A stretch of DNA of 64,000 nt from Fimbriosthenelais zetlandica (GCA_977030845.1 OZ365114.1:19964001-20028000); one strand, 5' to 3'. Counted from the first letter of the stretch, positions 25,421 through 39,600 are shown. A program made the numbers and translations. Notes: a model not told the origin generated them from the letters alone.

Positions 25421-28349
25421 AAACCAATGATATGTGTGCATAAAGAGAGTCGTAAATTTAGTTAGTACTTTACAAAGCTTGGACGAGCTGAACCATTTCT
25501 TACTAGCCTTTCTTACTAATGTATCCTGGGATTGAGTCTGAAACATGGACCTTTTCACCTCTGGTTATATTTTAGCTCTCGTTGGTCTGAAGTTCAGCAG
25601 TTCAGCACCAAGGTGTTCACATATTGTGATATCAGGTATTAGATATCAATTATTGGAGCTAAGCTCAACCAAGATGTCAGGGATTTTAGGCAACAGAACT
25701 CCAACTGACTTCCTCAAAGTAAAGAGGAAAGAAAGAGGCATCAACGTACGTGTGTGTGGCTGACGTCTTTATGTCACAGACGTGTTGATGTTCACTGTCC
25801 ATGTGTACACCCGTGCGGCACCAACGAGGTCAAGGTTTCCTCCCTGTTCTATTTTGGGTCTTTTTGCAATGACCCTTGCACAAAATATGCAATTCCTTGT
25901 TTCGGGTGTGAGACTTGGGCTTAGAGGTAAATGCCTTCCATCCGTGCAACACATGCGGGGAAAGGTTGAAAGGCTGTAGAACAAAGATTCCAAACGTCAT
26001 CTTCAATATTTCTCAGCAGGGGTCCTCAGTGAATTTGATAACCGTAACTGCTTGCCTATTATTCTGAAAGAGCATGGTCTTCTCATGCAGTACTTGTAGT
26101 GAAAATTTCGATGTGAAACATATATAAGTTCAAAAGCTGGATGCAGTCCCAAATGGTGCATGGGAAATTAGTTTGTGGATTGGATGGCATTTCCATGGAT
26201 TGGAGGATTGACTTGACTAGAAAGGATGAGCAATGGATGCATGGTATTAATTTGATCAATGAACAATGATAGATGACATCAGTATATGTATATATAAGCC
26301 AGCCTTTACAGGTATAGAGCCTCTTTCAGTGTACAGGTATGATGTTGATTTACCAGCCCATTCCCCACCCGGCTATCATGTCTCCGTCTTTTTCCCTCTG
26401 CGTCACCTGTGTATACAAAGCCTTGCCCTCCCGCCCCCGTCTGCCTCCATGGCTGGTGAACATGATGCCTGAAGGACAGTTTTATAGTGATTTAGGCAGG
26501 CGGCAATGGGTGGCGAGCTGCTCTGAGTAGAACCTCGTTAGCTCAGTAAAGCCCTTCTACCGACAGGATCTGCTCACCAATCGCCATGTCACAAGTAATA
26601 GGCAGCCCTGGATTTACTACATAAACACTGAGCCTGATAGCCAGTCTACACTCCTAAAGCTTATCTCACTATATAATACAGCTAAAATTATCCCAGCAAT
26701 TTAACCAATGATTTTCCATAAAGCTGAAATTTGAAGGGATAACAGGAGTGAAGAAACCTTCCAGAGTCTGATGTTTTTATTTCACCCATAATAAATCAGC
26801 CTAAATAATAATATGAAAAAATGCAAATTAGTTTTGTAAAATCAAGCTCCATGAGTGGTCATTTCATGGTGACGAAACCGGTGAATTAAGGATCTGCTTC
26901 AGAAAGGTTGTATTGCATTCTTTTAGAGTGTATGCATGACAACTGGCGGTGCATAGGAGAAGGAGGTGTAAGGCTGCTAAAATAATGCCTGATGGCCACT
27001 GCCAGAGACAGATCAGTGGCTAGTGGCTACTAATGGTCAGCTTGGGTGGCTGACTTCTTATTTACATTGTACAAGAAAAGATGGTTCCATTTGTCATAAT
27101 ACTAATAGTATAGGCATCTAACAGATGAGTTGTATTAATGATCATAAGATATATTTAAGGTTATCTATGGATCATTAATGGATAAACCTGGAAGTATCTG
27201 ACATGAACATGTGTGCAGATAATCTTCAGTATGATCCTAGGCTAATGTCAGTTTGACTAGTGATTTCTTCGCATTCAATTATTTTTGACAAGTATATCAA
27301 GTCATCATGCATCGGAGAATAGACATTGATCCTCTTTTGTTCAGTTTATCGGGTTTCTGGATACTTTTACAGTGGATGATCATGTATATATGCTAGGAAA
27401 GAAATGTGCCTTAGACCCTGCAGCGTCTCGGCTCCATGCAGCCAGACGCACAGCCAGACCTCTATACAGTATGTGTGCAGCTCAAGCCACATTCACGAAG
27501 AGCTCAGGGCCTTAACACTGTAGTTGTCCACGCCTGCATTCAATCATTCAACAGCAAATATGATCAGGAAAAATAATCTTGGGAGGCATATGACCCACTT
27601 CAAAGTAACTCCACCTACAGTAGGGGGAGATTTATTATACCAGGGGCCTGTGATAAATATTTGAATAGTTCCCATGTCCAGTCCCTGACCGCGATTTTCC
27701 GAGTGGACTATACTGTATGTTGCAGGCAATCGATAGTCATTCCCACGGTTCGCCAAGAGAGCCAAATAGGCTCTCTCTCCCGGGCTGATATTAATCACAT
27801 AAAAAGCATGATGTTGGGGGTGTTTATTGCAGGCAGATGGGCTGAATATGTCCCTATTTCCCCCGAGCAGATAGAGAGTGGCCGTGGTTTACGGCCCCTC
27901 CTCGTATATTTTATGTATCGGGGAAACATCGCTCCTGCACACTGTACCCATGTTGACGCTCCACTCGAAGGATTAGCAAATCGACAACTGCCATCACAAT
28001 TTATCATCTCCAAGTGGCATTATGACGGAAGCATTACACCGTGGCATTATTTTCAATGTGCTTTGTCCTATTTGTCATATTGTGTGCTGAGATTTGCACT
28101 TTTTCCGCAAGGTTTCCTTCAAGGAAATCCTTTCTGAAATTCATTTTGACATTTATCAAAAAAATACTTGAGTGGTAGGCTAGTCAGATATAGATGATGC
28201 GAAATGCAAGAAATTTGTCTGTTTGATAAGGCAGTTGGCGACTGCTTGAAAATATTCATGTACTACTGATAACAGTTGAAGTGATACTTGGTTTTAAGAG
28301 TGGTACTTTCTTCACGTATTACATTTTTCATGTGTTAGATGAGCCTGCA

Positions 28350-28720
28350 GCAGATTCTGCTGCATTTTTTATAAGAGTATTCGTGTTTTATAGGACCATA
28401 AGATTTGTGAGGCAAATCTAGAATCATCAAAATGAAATAAAACATGGTCTGTGAGTGCCATAGCAGCACCCAGTAAACTGAGAAAACTATGTTATAATGT
28501 AATTATCCATTTCTTCTAATGATATACTTATATGGCCTTAGGTGTTTCAGCAAAATTACACTCCAAACAAGTAAATTTCTCGAAATCCTCAGTGTCTTCA
28601 TGAACGGTTCTGCCAGAAAAACTTTGACTCATGTCATTATATTGTTAATTTATCAGCATTAACCCAGGAACTCATTCATTACAATCCACAGACCTTTGAT
28701 GATATAATGAATTTGTTCTT
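28350..28720 (-). mobile_element. Possible LINE (L2/CR1 group) 3' remnant
   Basis: EFLG(v)LML(D)KL recoverable with frameshifts, then YWVLLW resembling Yc..vWg. Confidence 0.3.
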
Positions 28721-28899
28721 GGTATTGTATCATTTGAATACCTGGAATCGACCCATAAATAACTTGTAATACTCGTGACATGCAGTAATACCACATTAAG
28801 GCGACAGCTTGCTATACCGGGATTAGTTTACATGGACAGAAGGTTAACGCAGTCCCTGCTGCCATGGTTCAGCCTGCCTTCATTTCCAAGGTCGACATT

Positions 28900-29520
28900 G
28901 TCATAGTTTCCAAGGCAGCCATCATAATTCTGCTGGTGTTTGGACACCCAAAAGGATTTTCCTGACAGGGCTCATGGTAAGCGGATTTTGGTAGCAGAAT
29001 ATGGCATGTTGTGGGATGTGGGAGAGGCCGATGGAGTTTGTCCCCCAGGGTAAGGGGAAAGGGAAGACGAGGGGCGGGTTTGGGAGGAGTTATGATAGAA
29101 GGCATGGTAGATGTAAGGTACAGGCTTTACATCATGTGGTACTCGATGAACACAGGTATATCCATGTCATTGCTGATCTACAATGATTTACACACAATTG
29201 CTTGGATTCATTTTTGTCATACTTTTCCTAAACCAACTGCAGTTAATGTGCAAACTGTAGTCTCAAAGCAGCCTCTTGTCCTGATTGTTGCACACCTCTC
29301 CCTCTTCTTGCCATTCTCTCCACAGATTGGTAGACATTTCTCCTAGCCTTTGACAGCAAATTGATTTGGGGACAATGTCCCGCTTTCCTTCAACATTATG
29401 AGCCGGCTGATGCCCTCTAGGCGGGCTGACAGCTTTGTGTCAATGTCCAAGCCATTGACACAGAGGACATTCACAGAGACTGTCCACATAATGTCTACAA
29501 CCCACATACTTGGCCATTTC
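28900..29520 (-). mobile_element. Decayed Gypsy integrase
   Basis: WPSM..DI...CPLCQ (29456-29516), LL*DYS, and AYHEPCQENPFGCP resembling AYRevpqeStGfsP. Confidence 0.5.
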
Positions 29521-31691
29521 CCTAGACACTAATGATAACCCCTGAATGACAGAAACTGTCGAAATAAAAATATCATCCATAGAATCTCGTATATAATTAT
29601 ATATATTTTGGTTCCATATCTCAGCTTTCGTAATTGTAAGAGTATACCCAGGTGGTTAGACAATATTATATCCAAAGATTCAATTTGCCGAGATATTGAT
29701 AAAGGATCAAATTACCTTGAAGATTAGTATCCAGTTCCCGTACAAAACTTTAAGATCAGACCATGCGGTCTTTGAGTATATTCTAAGGAATATGTCTGTT
29801 ATCCTGACTTTACCATTGGTTTCACCATGATTTACCAGTGCTGGATGTTAAGTCATTCATATTTTTCTTTTCTTTTTTTATTAAAATAAGAAACGGGCCC
29901 GTGGGGCCCTATACCGGCAACCACCCTGACTAAGTTCACGAATTCCATCCATTCTTCCTATTTTTCGTCTATGACTCCTATTTGTCTCCTCTTTTCCACT
30001 CCGTAATTGTCCTACTTTCTGGAGCTTTATGCAATTTGACACCCTTCCGACTAGTGCTTAATCTATTATAATTGGCGATTTTACCTAAATGTATTTCCTT
30101 TTGGAATCCAATTCTGCCGAAGAACTATGCCGTTCTGTCAATTAGTGTTCCATTCAGACATATGAATAGGACATAATAATATGAGGATAGAAATAGGAAT
30201 TTTATGTCTGTTCCTCTGATTAAATAGGTCAACATGAAAACATAGTGACTGAAAAATTGCGGAATCATCAAATCATTGAAATGTTGGTCTATCCCAATGT
30301 AGAAAATGCCTTCATTTAAACCCATTAATCAAAAGACACGCCTTTTACTGGAGAGGTTGTTCAAGTATACATGTATATCTTGTTTGTGCCTCGGGAATAA
30401 AAAGGTGTCAGTTTTGCAATTGATTGATCTTAAGTATCTTATTCTTCCCCATCAAGTATATAAATAATCATCGTTTGAGGAGAGCTTATAAAGCTATTCA
30501 GCCTCGGGGATGTATATAGTATGATCTTGCTCGGAGGGAAGAGCGTCAAAAATGCCTGAGTGCAAGAAAAAACCTCTGAAATGGGATAGCCTCCCATTAC
30601 AACCTGAGCTAAGCTGGAATTGCGATGGCAAAAAAGCATGACGATCGCTATAGTATTCTGTGGTCGACAGGTGAGAAAAGGGAGTGGGGGTTTAGGGGAG
30701 ACACAATACTCCTCTTGCCTATAATGGCGGGTTTAGACTGTGGCATTTATAAATATTTAATAGGCTGAATTGTTTTAGGGTGTATGGGAAATGTGAGGAT
30801 GGAAGTAATTTGCGTCGTTAAATGGTATATGGGTTTGTTTGACAGATATTTCAACGACAAATATGAGTAAATAAGTAATAAATAAGTAATTGCCCTCCAA
30901 AACCTAATACCTCAAATACCAAGAACAACCTTGAAATAAGGGGCACCTCGGGGTTAGAAGGTGCCGCAGCATATTAACGGAGGTGTAAGTTACATGGCTG
31001 GGGTGAGCTTAAATCTCAGCAAATGTCTGTAAATCTTTAGCCGTTGCAAATGGGAGTAGCCCAGCTTATAACAGATGCTGGTTGGGCTGCAGGAAGCAGT
31101 TGTATTGGCTTTAGAGTGTTGGGTGTATAGGATAGTACTCAATGTGATATGTTGTGTAGATGATCATTCCTGATCAGATAAGGTCATGTCTATGGTAATG
31201 GTTTAATAGTCTGACCGGGTGAGATGGATGCCGTCTGACAGGGAAGAAGGCAATAGGACATGTCAGCCCTGAGATCTCATGATCACTTTGCATGCACCAG
31301 CACCATATAATTGCATCTCGCTTCCTCCCTACACCCCTCAACAAGCCAATACAACCCGACAAAAAATCCTATTTAAATCTTTGAAAATGATCCTTCCACA
31401 GCCACCTATTGCCCAGATCTCATCTCCAGGGCTCAAGGCTTGTTTGTGATCACGAAATACGGACGAAGGACGGACCGTGTGAACACGGGCATGAGCTTTC
31501 AATCATGGGAGATCTTTTTTTCTCTGTCAGGAGAATTTTGGATCTGGTCAATTACTTTTGGCTCAAACAATGAATTTAATTGATGGTGTATTGGTAGCCA
31601 TTTTTTAAGGCTTTCCTCACTGAGGATGTCATGCATTCAACTGCACAAGTCCCACTGCTTGAGAATCGCATTGTCTCCTTTCACTATATAA

Positions 31692-32021
31692 TTATTTTGA
31701 AGTGATTAAGCCTACTTTTTTGGACTGAATTAAATACCATCTGCTGTTGGTTTCAGAGAGCAGAGCCGGGCCACCTACAATGTGAGGTGGCACGCCAGTA
31801 TATGTTATTACTGAACTAATAACTATTGCAATTTCTCTGCTCACTTGTTTTGAAGGCCTACTTTGGAAAGTGATTTTTGGGACTGTGTATAACAACATAT
31901 ATGACATCATTCCAACTTTGGGGATGACATCAAAGTATCCCTGGTCATTTCCAATGGGAATCAATCCTGAAAGTCTCTGTTCTGTGAAATTGGAAGGGCC
32001 TGGTCCCATGGATCTACCCAT
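31692..32021 (-). mobile_element. Possible decayed Gypsy RT core
   Basis: DQGYFDV...PKITFQ...IVISSVITYTG...KVGLITSK parallels D...G.wqi...Pe.FQ...yiDDi.i.G...GL.ln..K. Confidence 0.4.
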
Positions 32022-34779
32022 TCTTCAGCAAATGACACACGCACAACAAGTCCTATCAAAACCAAGTAAAAATAGCCGGCCTGGGTAGCACTGTCAGAGT
32101 CACGTTGCCTAGTGACGCGTACTGATGCACAGCCTCATCCTCAGGCTGGTCCGGAAATGTCAACATGCCGGGTTACCATGGTTACATGCTCTTCATGATG
32201 ATGACAACTCGGCATCACTACCCTCCTTGTTCAGATTTATGAGCCTTGATTCATGTATAAACCCCTGTACCAGATACAGATAGCAAGCTTCCAGAATATA
32301 TTTGCATAATTCTGTACACAAATCTCACTGCTGATATCTGAATCAGTGCATTGCAGCATTCCATTCAGAGACTTTACCGAGATGTGAGGGGAAAAATTGA
32401 ATTCATAAAGACTAATGGCTTTCTTTTATTTCATGAGGCTGCTTGACATGACAGCCCCCCATGTATTGCCTGAGAGACGTTTCATATATTTTTAGTAGGA
32501 ATAATATTTCTTTCAGTGGAATAGGAAAAAGCCAGATAACAGGAATCCATTTGACAACAAGAGCTTTGCATCCCCAGCGAATTAGATTTCCGTTTTCAAA
32601 GGCACGAAGGGTGGCTGGAGGGTGGTTTCGACCGACATGGTTCTGAAACAAATTCCATTCTTACAAAAACACATCAGACATTTCTATTACAACCTCAAAT
32701 AGCTTGAGTGTTCTTCATCCAACCCAACTGGAATGATATTTTTCCAATATCCAATATCCATTACCCCAAACTATTCACACTAATAATTGCCTTTTCTAAG
32801 AAGTCGGAGATTCAGTTAATGTGGAATGTCTCCTTAAGGAAATGAAGGACTTTTATGTGAAAAGCAACCCGAAAATTCCATTTAATATTGACAGATTTTC
32901 TTCATTATAACTCACTGTTTTTACGTTACGAGAAGGGAATTTCCAGAAGTTTTTTAAACATATGAGGCAGATTCGTCTGGATTTGGTGCCTTGGGGCGGG
33001 ATGGGTATTTGGTATAAAAGGTGCATGGTTTAAGGGGATTGTATCTTCCCTACCCTAGCTCCCCTGCCCCCTCCTAGAATCCCACCTCTACCACCACCCC
33101 ATCCCACCCTCAGGCAATCAGGATTTGAGCCATGAGGCGGAAGATAAGCCTGTTGGGTGGACGGCTGCAGCTTGGCTCGGCCACACAGGGACCCTGCATC
33201 CCTCTCTTACCCGCTCTCTCTCCTCTGTCTCTTTCTCCATCTCCCCCTCTATTATCAGCCTGTTTAACATGCTTGTCTAATCAACCTGGCTCGACATCCA
33301 GGCTTCATATACACCCCACACACATAGGCTGTGCTCTGTCGTCCAGGCGTGTTTCAATTAAGTGGTTCCGACCTTTTTCTTCATTTATTTGCACTTACAA
33401 GCATGCTTCCGAGTCTTTTTTCCTCGGCTCTTGGCCCAGCAGAGGGAATGGGTGATGAAAGAATGGACAATATGATGGAGCCAAGCTCATGGGCTGCACT
33501 CCAGGAGTGCACTGGCCCATCAGAATAGCTTAATTGGCCTTGGCAGTACATGTACATCATCCTCAGATTGGAAAGAATCATATTTATGATATAATGTGAT
33601 TGTAAAGATTAGAATAGGGTTCATTCTATATCTTTGTCTCTCGCCTTTGACAAAGTTGTTAAAGTGAACCTATAGAGCCATATAGGCCTATATACTGAGA
33701 TTTTTAGTTTAATGCAAATTTGGTGCATTTGTTTATATAATCCAAGCTCAAATGACTCAGAAATAGCTATATGCCATCCTCTATTACCATAAATACATTT
33801 TCATGAAAGATGAAAGTCTCCACGTGTTTGTCAGTAGCAGCACGGCGCTCTATCAATGGGTAAACTTTCCAGGCGTTAAAGAGTGAACTCTTTTCAGGAG
33901 AGCGATTAGCTCCAGCTGAGCTTCGCATTGGTCTATTCCTGCATCAGCTCCTTTGATGTATTTTCAAACGTAGAAATCGTGTTTCACTTCAAGAGAGAAA
34001 ACAATTTTTTCATGAATGGCAGCCAGCGGAGACTATTTTACTGCCTGCAGCAGTCTCAATCATATCAGATGTACAGAAGCTATTCAAGCTTATAAGATAA
34101 GCCAGTGTGTACTTGTTACACTCATGTATTCTGTCTATTATATTCTGTATTAGATACTTTATATACAGAATGAAAAGAGTCATCTGCATAGTCTCTGAAC
34201 GACAGCCCTCAAAGCAATCAAAGCTTGGAATTCGAATGAAAAGGCAAATACGATCATTTATGGCGGTTCCGAGTCTAGCACATTAAAGGATTGTATAGCA
34301 GTGGTTGTCATTCAATCGGTTGAGAGTGAAGTTACAATATATGTATTGCTGTATATTGGATCAAGGAACAACTCAACTGACGAAATTGTCCTGGCTAATT
34401 AGCATCTACTAGCCAAATTTGAAGGATAATTAAGTTAAGTTGAGCTACAGATTGAAAGCAATGAGACTGATGGTATACAGTTCATGCCAGTTCAAGCTAA
34501 CTATGAGCTTTATTTAAATCTAAGGTAGCTGGAAATATGTAGGTCTACCTCGGATGAGCAAGGGAAATGGCTTACACTGTAGGTGTATAGATGCGGGAGC
34601 TAATCTTGATGGTGATATATAGACTAAGGAAAGGCGTCATGGACATGATGCCAAAACCCTACAAAATGTTGCCATGGCGTCCCACGATAAACACTAGCCG
34701 ACCCTCACGAGATCCCGTGAGGTGTGCTTACTTCCGGCTCTTGCCGGTGTGTTTTGAAAACAAGCATCAACTCTCACTG

Positions 34780-35770
34780 CGGTCGTGGCACCAAATTCTC
34801 CATTCCATACAACGCCCAGTCCAAACAGATACTACGGCTGCTTTTTCCTGATCACTTATCTCCACTATTTTTTCAGTATGAGAATTTTTCTGTATCACCA
34901 GATAGTACTTTCAGTTTATTCGTAGATGGAAAGTAAACTTGCTCTTTCGTTTGTAGGTTCTTCTCATTTTTAACGATGCAGTTACTCATCTTGGTGTTTT
35001 TATATGGTAATTTGATATAAGCCAACCATTTATTTCGGTCTGTACAAATAAAGATTATCCTTATAGCATATGCCATTTCACTGCATGTACCTGGTGATAT
35101 CAGAAAAAGAACCCTACTCTTCAGGAAATTCCCTTTGGACAGTCTGCATTTTCCTGAATGTATTGGCACGAATCCCCACGGAATTTTGAAAAATGTGGAA
35201 TAGCTGGAATACCAAGCGAGGGCTGGTAATTGCTGTTTTGCTTTACTAATATGACTATTCCAATGCAAGTACTACTTGAAGATAGCAATGGGCAATTCTT
35301 GGAAGGATAAGAAGTTGTTATCAGGTGGCAGAAGCAGCACACCTTATCTAAATCCCACGTTGCTCTGATGTATGGATTGTGAGACGGCACCATCTTTTCG
35401 TACCAGCAATTATTGCTGATGTTAAACAAGTCGGGGCTATCTACTGTAGTATCCTTGAGGTGGAGTGTATTCAGTGTATTCTTTAACCCTGACATACTGT
35501 TTATCCTCATTATACATTTGCTTGGGGAGTCTAGAAGCTCAAAGAATTCTTGCATGGAACTGTAATCATGTTCATCCCTATTAACCTTATCATTTTGGGG
35601 CGGCTGTCAGATGCATGTGTTGTAAATTCATAGACCTCAATAATCAAAGTCTGTGATCTTTAAATAGTTGGGTTCCATCTGGATTCAGAAGCAAGATTCT
35701 ATGCAGAGGCATTCCCTTTTGTTGCAAAATCATACCAGTTGTTAATAATGGTCGGATCACTCTGCATTAG
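34780..35770 (-). mobile_element. Decayed Penelope-like element (RT, linker, start of GIY-YIG)
   Basis: ILQQKGMPL, QEFFELLDS, PYIRATW..., YIKLPY...QVYFPSTNKLK (35002-35019 and downstream), KNSG...ICLDWALYG: the PLE domain order is preserved. Confidence 0.6.
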
Positions 35771-37149
35771 TTTTAGTTGAGGCAACCATATACTACATTG
35801 CTTGCAGAAGCCTGATAACTGTCCAGCAAACACACTCAGTGTTGGCAAATACCTTTCCCTTCCACAACTTTGCTGGAAGTGTTGCCAGTGAGAAAGGTAA
35901 ACACATTTGCTGAGCCGGTCAGTTCTCTGACCGAGAGCTATAACCTCTTACTGACCCTTCCATGCTGGTGCACATACCCACCCACCTATAGCACCCACCA
36001 GCATGCTTCTCCTCCAGACTTCTCCTCTTGGGCATTGGTCAAATGGTACTGAAATAACTATGTACCAGATGGGTTATAATCATCAGTTAGTTATTAAATT
36101 GCAAACAGCTATTATTTTAAACTCAGAGCCTCAGAGGCTGGGTCCTCCAAAGGCAACACTAAACAAAATCCATAACACCAGCATCATATTTTAGTTTTGA
36201 TAGATGCTCCTGAAATGTGTTTTAGGATATATGGATTCTTAAGTCGGGGTTTTGACTTTTCTAAGGTGATTTATAAACTTTTAAAATCAAAGTGGAGTTA
36301 AATAGTGTCATGGACTGTATGGGTGCTGTCTTTAGAACTCCTAGTATAATGACTGTGCCTTCCATTATTGACATCCATTAACTACCTGCTCTGATTTTGA
36401 TGCAATGTTTCTGACGTCAAAGCTTTTGTTAAAATTATTCCACCGTGTCATTTTCTGCAAACAGAGCATTGATAAAATGCAGGCTGAGGAGCGATTTCCT
36501 CGGTTAGGAGATGACTTCAAAGCAAGAAGCTTATTTTGCTGCAAAAGTTTGTCAAGTTTCTTGAGTTACCTATAGCCAATATAGTAAAACAGACCGTAAA
36601 CAAGTAGTTTAGTTATAGTAGGTAGCCCATTAAGGCACCAGCCACCAAACCATTCCCCATCTATCTGTGAAGATATGAAGGTAATCAGGAATGCCAATAG
36701 TGGGTTAATTATGGTGACGCATATGAAGTATATGCAGTTGCATACATTTTATTTATGCTGTTGCATGCACATATTTATGCTGTTGCATAATTATAGGGCC
36801 TATACCTTATATCTTTTATACCTTATATTTATGCTGTTGAATATTCTAAATATTCTTAAATTATTCCCTGAAAATTAATTAATATGACTGAAATGTATTT
36901 ATTTTCCTGCGAAAAATAACGACCATCATCCAGAGTATTACTTTCATCATTTTATTGGCCACATTTTTTGTATAGCTTACTAACCATTTGATTGGTGAAA
37001 CAGAGGGCTATAAGTTATTTCTTCTCTATAAATATGGACCCCTATGTGTATTGTAATGTATATAGATGAATCCGCAATAAACATCGGTCATTTGCAGATT
37101 CATCCATTCATACCTGCTGCCAAAACGTGTATGGGGGTTCATTGTGGTG

Positions 37150-37400
37150 GATCATTCTTGCTATATAAATCTAAAGATTTATGTAAAGTGCTATAGGTTT
37201 TATAGCTCCCTATCAGTGGATGCACCAGCTGGTTTTCTTTATGATATAGACCTTGTTAGAGATGCACAAAGGAGAATGCTCTCTCCGATGTCTATTTATT
37301 TTGTGAGTTATAACCATCTGCGGGTGAAGATTTCGTGGATATCTATCAAAAATAGTAGAGCTGGTATATGATATCTTTACTACATGGGTCATGCCTTACT
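37150..37400 (-). mobile_element. Penelope-like GIY-YIG region remnant
   Basis: VVKISY (37366-37383; tvKiSYSc), SPLCISNKVY (CPl.g.Cl...vvY), LIG...HKS. Confidence 0.45.
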
Positions 37401-39204
37401 GTGTGCCTCTATAGGTAGCTTACTTCTGCAGACTTGGAGGATATTGATTTTAGCTGGGAAAACACATTAAGATCTGTCTTATCTGAAATTGATGACATCC
37501 AAGATGCAGTCTCTTGATTTGTAGCTTGTCTGATGGTTTGCAATGAGTGATGAATACCACATCTATATCTGTTAAAGGCCCATATACTTACTCTGAAGGT
37601 GGATCCATTTGGTCAATGGTTAACCAATCCGTTATTCTCCATTTACCTTCATCTGTTTACTTTGACTCGCAATTTTTGCATCTCATATTTGCATAGTTTG
37701 TTGACCTCCCCGAAAAGTGTTAATTTAATTTAAATTCCACTTTGATTATAATTATATGCTTTAATTACTTAAAATAGAGTGGTTTTAAGACTGGCCTAGT
37801 CACTCAGGTGACATTGGCCTTAGTCCAGCAATGTCATGCAGAGCCTGATATTTTACAAGGCCTCCACTCATTTTCCACGGCAATTCTAGACATCATAAAA
37901 AGACCTTTTACACCTTTGCGTGTCATAGATTTGCTGAATGTAACTGAGTTTGAGATGGTGTCACGAACAAACATCAAAAGGCTTTACTTTTAGCGAGTTA
38001 GATATCACAGAGCTCCATTGGAGGTGGAAAATGGATGAGAAAGTGCAATTTTCCCCATGGAAGGCTGAACCTCCCCACGCCAAATAATCCATAGAACCCA
38101 CACCTAAAACCACACGCCAACTGTTATTTGTTATTTAGCTTCATGAGAATTCACAGAGAATTGAAATTGCTTTGTATGGACATGCCCTTCATTGTAAATC
38201 ATTTCAATTAAGTTAATTGAAGAAGGTTTCAGATCTCAGAACTGTATCAGCTGCAATTATTCAAAAACTTAGTAGGAAAAAAACAGGTGGCATTACAAAT
38301 CCAAAACCATGCCTTTGCTTCGCCTGTTTTCGCTTACACTATATATAGGCTGTAAGTCTGTCATAAACAGCTTAATGATGGTACAGAAACTGACTATGTC
38401 TTCCCAGGCAATCGATTACTTAGCATCCTGACACCTGTAATGAATAGAAATGAAATTAAGGCACTCTATCTTAGATTGATCTAGCCGTCCATGTTTAAAA
38501 AGCCACCCATCATATGCATAATTATTAACGCCTACCTCAAAGAGGTTGAGATGATGGGATTAGATTGATCAACTACAAGCCTTTCAAAGTGTCAATCAAC
38601 GAGGCTCTAAGATAATTTCTTCTCGTTATAATCCCTGAAATGCTGGGACTTTTCAACAAATCAGTCCCTCTCTCCAGAAATAATTCCCTCGAGCTAATTC
38701 ATAACCACTACGGACCGTTTTCTGACTGTGAAAAAAACGCGAGTTATTTTTAGCACTCCGAGGCATTTCTGGGCTTAATTCTGCCAATTCTGAATTCCAC
38801 TGATATTGTGAATATTGCCCACCGGCACAGTAACAGCTGCGGGTGTTTTTTTCCATAATCATGTCTTCCTAATACTGACATGCTTAGATCATTTCATCAC
38901 CACATCAATTAAGGCAAGTAGGTGGAGAGAGGAGTCAACATTGAGGACTGGTGTAGAAAAAAGATGACAAATAAAGGGATTAATTTACTACAGGTGACAG
39001 TTATCATTGCATTGCCGCCTTTAGCAGAGGAAAGTGCCAGACTCAGCGGGGCTGCTACTGCTACTACTGCTGCTGCTGCCTGGTGTCCAACACGCTCCTC
39101 CCGAGGCACTCATGAAAAAAACTTCCATCAATGGATAATTTTTCTTCGTATTTTAATGACATGGATTGCAATGTTAAGATACTGATACAGCCATAGATTA
39201 TACA

Positions 39205-39600
39205 TGTGTTATGGACGGGTTTTATGATATAATACCTGAAATACCACCAGCCTGTTTTTATAAAATATTGTCCAAGTATATAGTTTTATCCTACCTGAGT
39301 CACACTGATTGAAGGATAGACTATTACGACCCAAAACAACTAAGAGAAAAGCTCGAGTGTGTTGACCCCGTTGATACACGACACTATCCACCTTCCGCTC
39401 TAAGAATAGTACTGGGAAACACTCAAGTCCGAGTCTAATCCACTATGATTGCCTCGACATCCAATCACCCCAATCAAAGTCAGTCGCGCTTCAATGATTT
39501 CCTTCCAAACACGTAGCTCAGTATACCTGTGCCAAGAGTCCTAAGGCTTGACCACCAAGGCAGTAGAGGCTCCTCACGATATTTTTTATCATGGAATTAC
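39205..39600 (+). mobile_element. Possible Gypsy RT-RNase H junction remnant
   Basis: FYKIL...VL...DYYDPK...LEC.D and later PRVLRL...Y...RPG resemble aF..iK...pvL.yyDp.k...cDAS and pRlqR...Y.pG. Confidence 0.35.

Noticed and set aside
25601-25613. RE1/NRSE-like half site TTCAGCACCAAGG
   Set aside because: The right half (GGACAG) is missing, and I would not expect REST-type silencing with an invertebrate-type Shaw gene
29885-29915. Helentron/HINE-like terminus (AATAAGAAAC-GGGCCC-GTG-GGGCCC); similar TGACCT-rich patches at about 3.8, 4.6-4.8 and 13.8-13.9 kb
   Set aside because: I could not identify matching opposite ends or a shared core; this needs a genome-wide repeat library
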